Shown here piece after piece: positions 61,131 through 64,000 of a stretch of DNA of 64,000 nt. The notes below the pieces were generated by a model, which was not told the origin of the DNA, did no database searches, and saw only the letters and a program-made list of their open reading frames with translations. Source of the DNA: the human T2T-CHM13v2.0 reference genome, Homo sapiens; the NCBI RefSeq assembly GCF_009914755.1, contig NC_060941.1. One strand, written 5' to 3'. Position numbers and translations under genes: made by a program. Positions within the stretch are counted from its first letter, which is position 1. Every line of letters starts with the position of its first letter.

Positions 61131-61528
61131 TGAGCCACTGCACCTGGCCTTTTTTTTTTTTTTTTTTTTTTAAGAGAAGGTCTCTTTTGTCCGAGGCAAG
61201 CACTCTTGCTGCACAATCATAGCTCATTGCAGCCTCAGAACAAGTTTGGACTTGGTTACACCAATTTGCTTCTTTAATCTATCAATTTACCTTTAACTGC
61301 CGGCACATCAACGTAGTGAAATATACCTCATGTATTTGCATTGCCATTGTCTCTTCTGTGGAGAGGAGGGAGCAGGCAGAGATGGTTGGTCATCAAAGGG
61401 GACTTAAGTTTTGCCTTTAATGTTCTAATTTTTTAGAAGGTGTATAGAGTCATGGAACTGTTTGCAGGATTAAATATTAATGACAAATAATCCCTAAAAA
61501 GAAGGTGTGGACCAGGCACGGTGGCTCA

Positions 61529-61839
<311 letters not shown>

Positions 61840-63080
61840 TCAGAAGCAGCGTTATTCACAACAGCCAAAAGTTGGAAGCAGCCCAAATGTCCATCAACTG
61901 GTGAATGAATAAACAAAATGTCATATATCCATAAAATAGAAACTTACTTAGTCCTAAGAGGAATGAAGTACTGATATTTTATTTCATGGAAACCATGAAA
62001 ACAGTATAAACAAAAGAGGCTAAGCTGAGCACAGCAGCTCATGGCTGTAGTCCCAGCACTTTGGAAGGCTAAGGTGGGCAGATCCCTTGAGCCCAGAAGT
62101 TCCAGACCAGCCTGGGCAACATGGCGAAATCCCGTCTCTACAAAAAATACAAACATTAGCCAGGTGTGGTGGTGGGCACCTGTAGTCCCAGCTACTCAGG
62201 AGGCTGAGGCAGGAGAGCCGTTGAACCCAAGAGGCACAGGTTGCAGTGAGCCAAGATCGTGCCATTGCACTCCAGCCTGGGCAACAGAGCAAGACTCCGT
62301 CAAAAAAAAAAAAAAAGATAGAAAGTTCACATATTATATGATTGCATTTACATGCGATATCCAGCATAATATCCAGCATAAGCAAATCCACTGGGACAGA
62401 AACAGATTAGTGGTTTCCAGAGACTAGGGGAAGGGAGAAGGGGGAATACAGAGTGAGTGCCAATGGTTTCTTTTTGGGGGGGGTGATTAAAATGTTCTGG
62501 AATTAAATAGTGATGATTGATGCACCACTGTGAGAATATACCAGAAACTCTTAATTGTACACTTTAAAATGGTTAAAATGGTAAAATTTATGTTAAGTAT
62601 AATTTACCACAAAAAATTATAAAATATCTTTTTTTTTTTGAGATGGAGTCTTGCTCTGTTTCCCAGACTGGAATGCAGTGGCATGATGATCTCAGCTCAC
62701 CACAACCTCTGCCTCCTGCGTTCAAGTGATTCTCCTGCCTCAGCTTCCCAAGTAGGTGGGACTACAGGCGTGTGCCACCATGCCCAGCTAATTTTTGTAT
62801 TTTTAGTAGAGATGGGGTTTCACCATGTTGGTCAGGCTGTTCTCGAACTCCTGACCTCGTGATCCGCCTGCTGCAGCCTCCCAAAGTGCTGGGATTACAG
62901 GCCTGAAGCCACCGCTCCCGGCTCTTTTTTATTTATTTATTATTATTATTATTTTGTCTTTTTTTTCTTCCTTTTTGTGGAGAACAGGGTCTCGCTATAT
63001 TGCCCAAGCAGGTCTCGAACTCCTGGGCTCAAGCTATCCTCCCACCTCTGCCTCCATGAGAGCTGGGATTACAGGCATGA

Positions 63081-63383
<303 letters not shown>

Positions 63384-63405
63384 TAGCTAATTTTTGTATT
63401 TTTAG

Positions 63406-63576
<171 letters not shown>

Positions 63577-63624
63577 TAACACATTTTGCTATATTTGTTT
63601 ATGATGTTTTTTTAAATGAACTAA

Positions 63625-63901
<277 letters not shown>

Positions 63902-64000
63902 TGATCCACCCGTCTCGGCCTCCCAAAGTGCTAGGATTACAGGCATGAGCCACCAGGCCCGGTCAGTAAAATTTCAAGAAGTAGGCCGGGCGCTGTGGCT

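Overview
Primate (human) genomic DNA, Alu-dense and GC-rich, recognisable from gene content as the PER1-VAMP2-TMEM107/SNORD118-tRNA cluster-BORCS6-AURKB locus (17p13.1). Exon/intron structures were reconstructed by hand. Minus-strand genes: VAMP2 (5 coding exons, 116 aa, start codon split by intron 1), TMEM107 (5 exons, 140/146 aa, with a U12-type intron 3 and an RFX X-box promoter), U8 snoRNA SNORD118 (own PSE/SPH/octamer promoter, 3' box), single-exon BORCS6 (357 aa) and AURKB (8 coding exons, 344 aa, CDE/CHR promoter). Four plus-strand tRNA genes (Trp-CCA, Ser-GCT, Thr-AGT, Ile-AAT) carry 3' trailers matching miR-4521/ts-101 and miR-3676/ts-53. The first ~2.5 kb is a circadian-motif-rich CpG promoter, probably the distal PER1 promoter. 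The rest is mainly Alu, MIR, L1/L2, solo LTRs, an RPL11 retrocopy fragment and a decayed tRNA-Ile copy. I found no new protein-coding system. The most interesting unexplained signals are structural or regulatory: a 98%-identical inverted AluSp pair sharing private mutations, a GC decamer tandem repeat in the VAMP2 promoter, a possible divergent transcription unit with a MIR-derived D-box beside PER1, TMEM107 poly(A) signals abutting the U8 enhancer, and several DNA-repair scars (micro-inversion, snap-back insertion, Alu-Alu tandem duplication, zero-spacer Alu palindrome).
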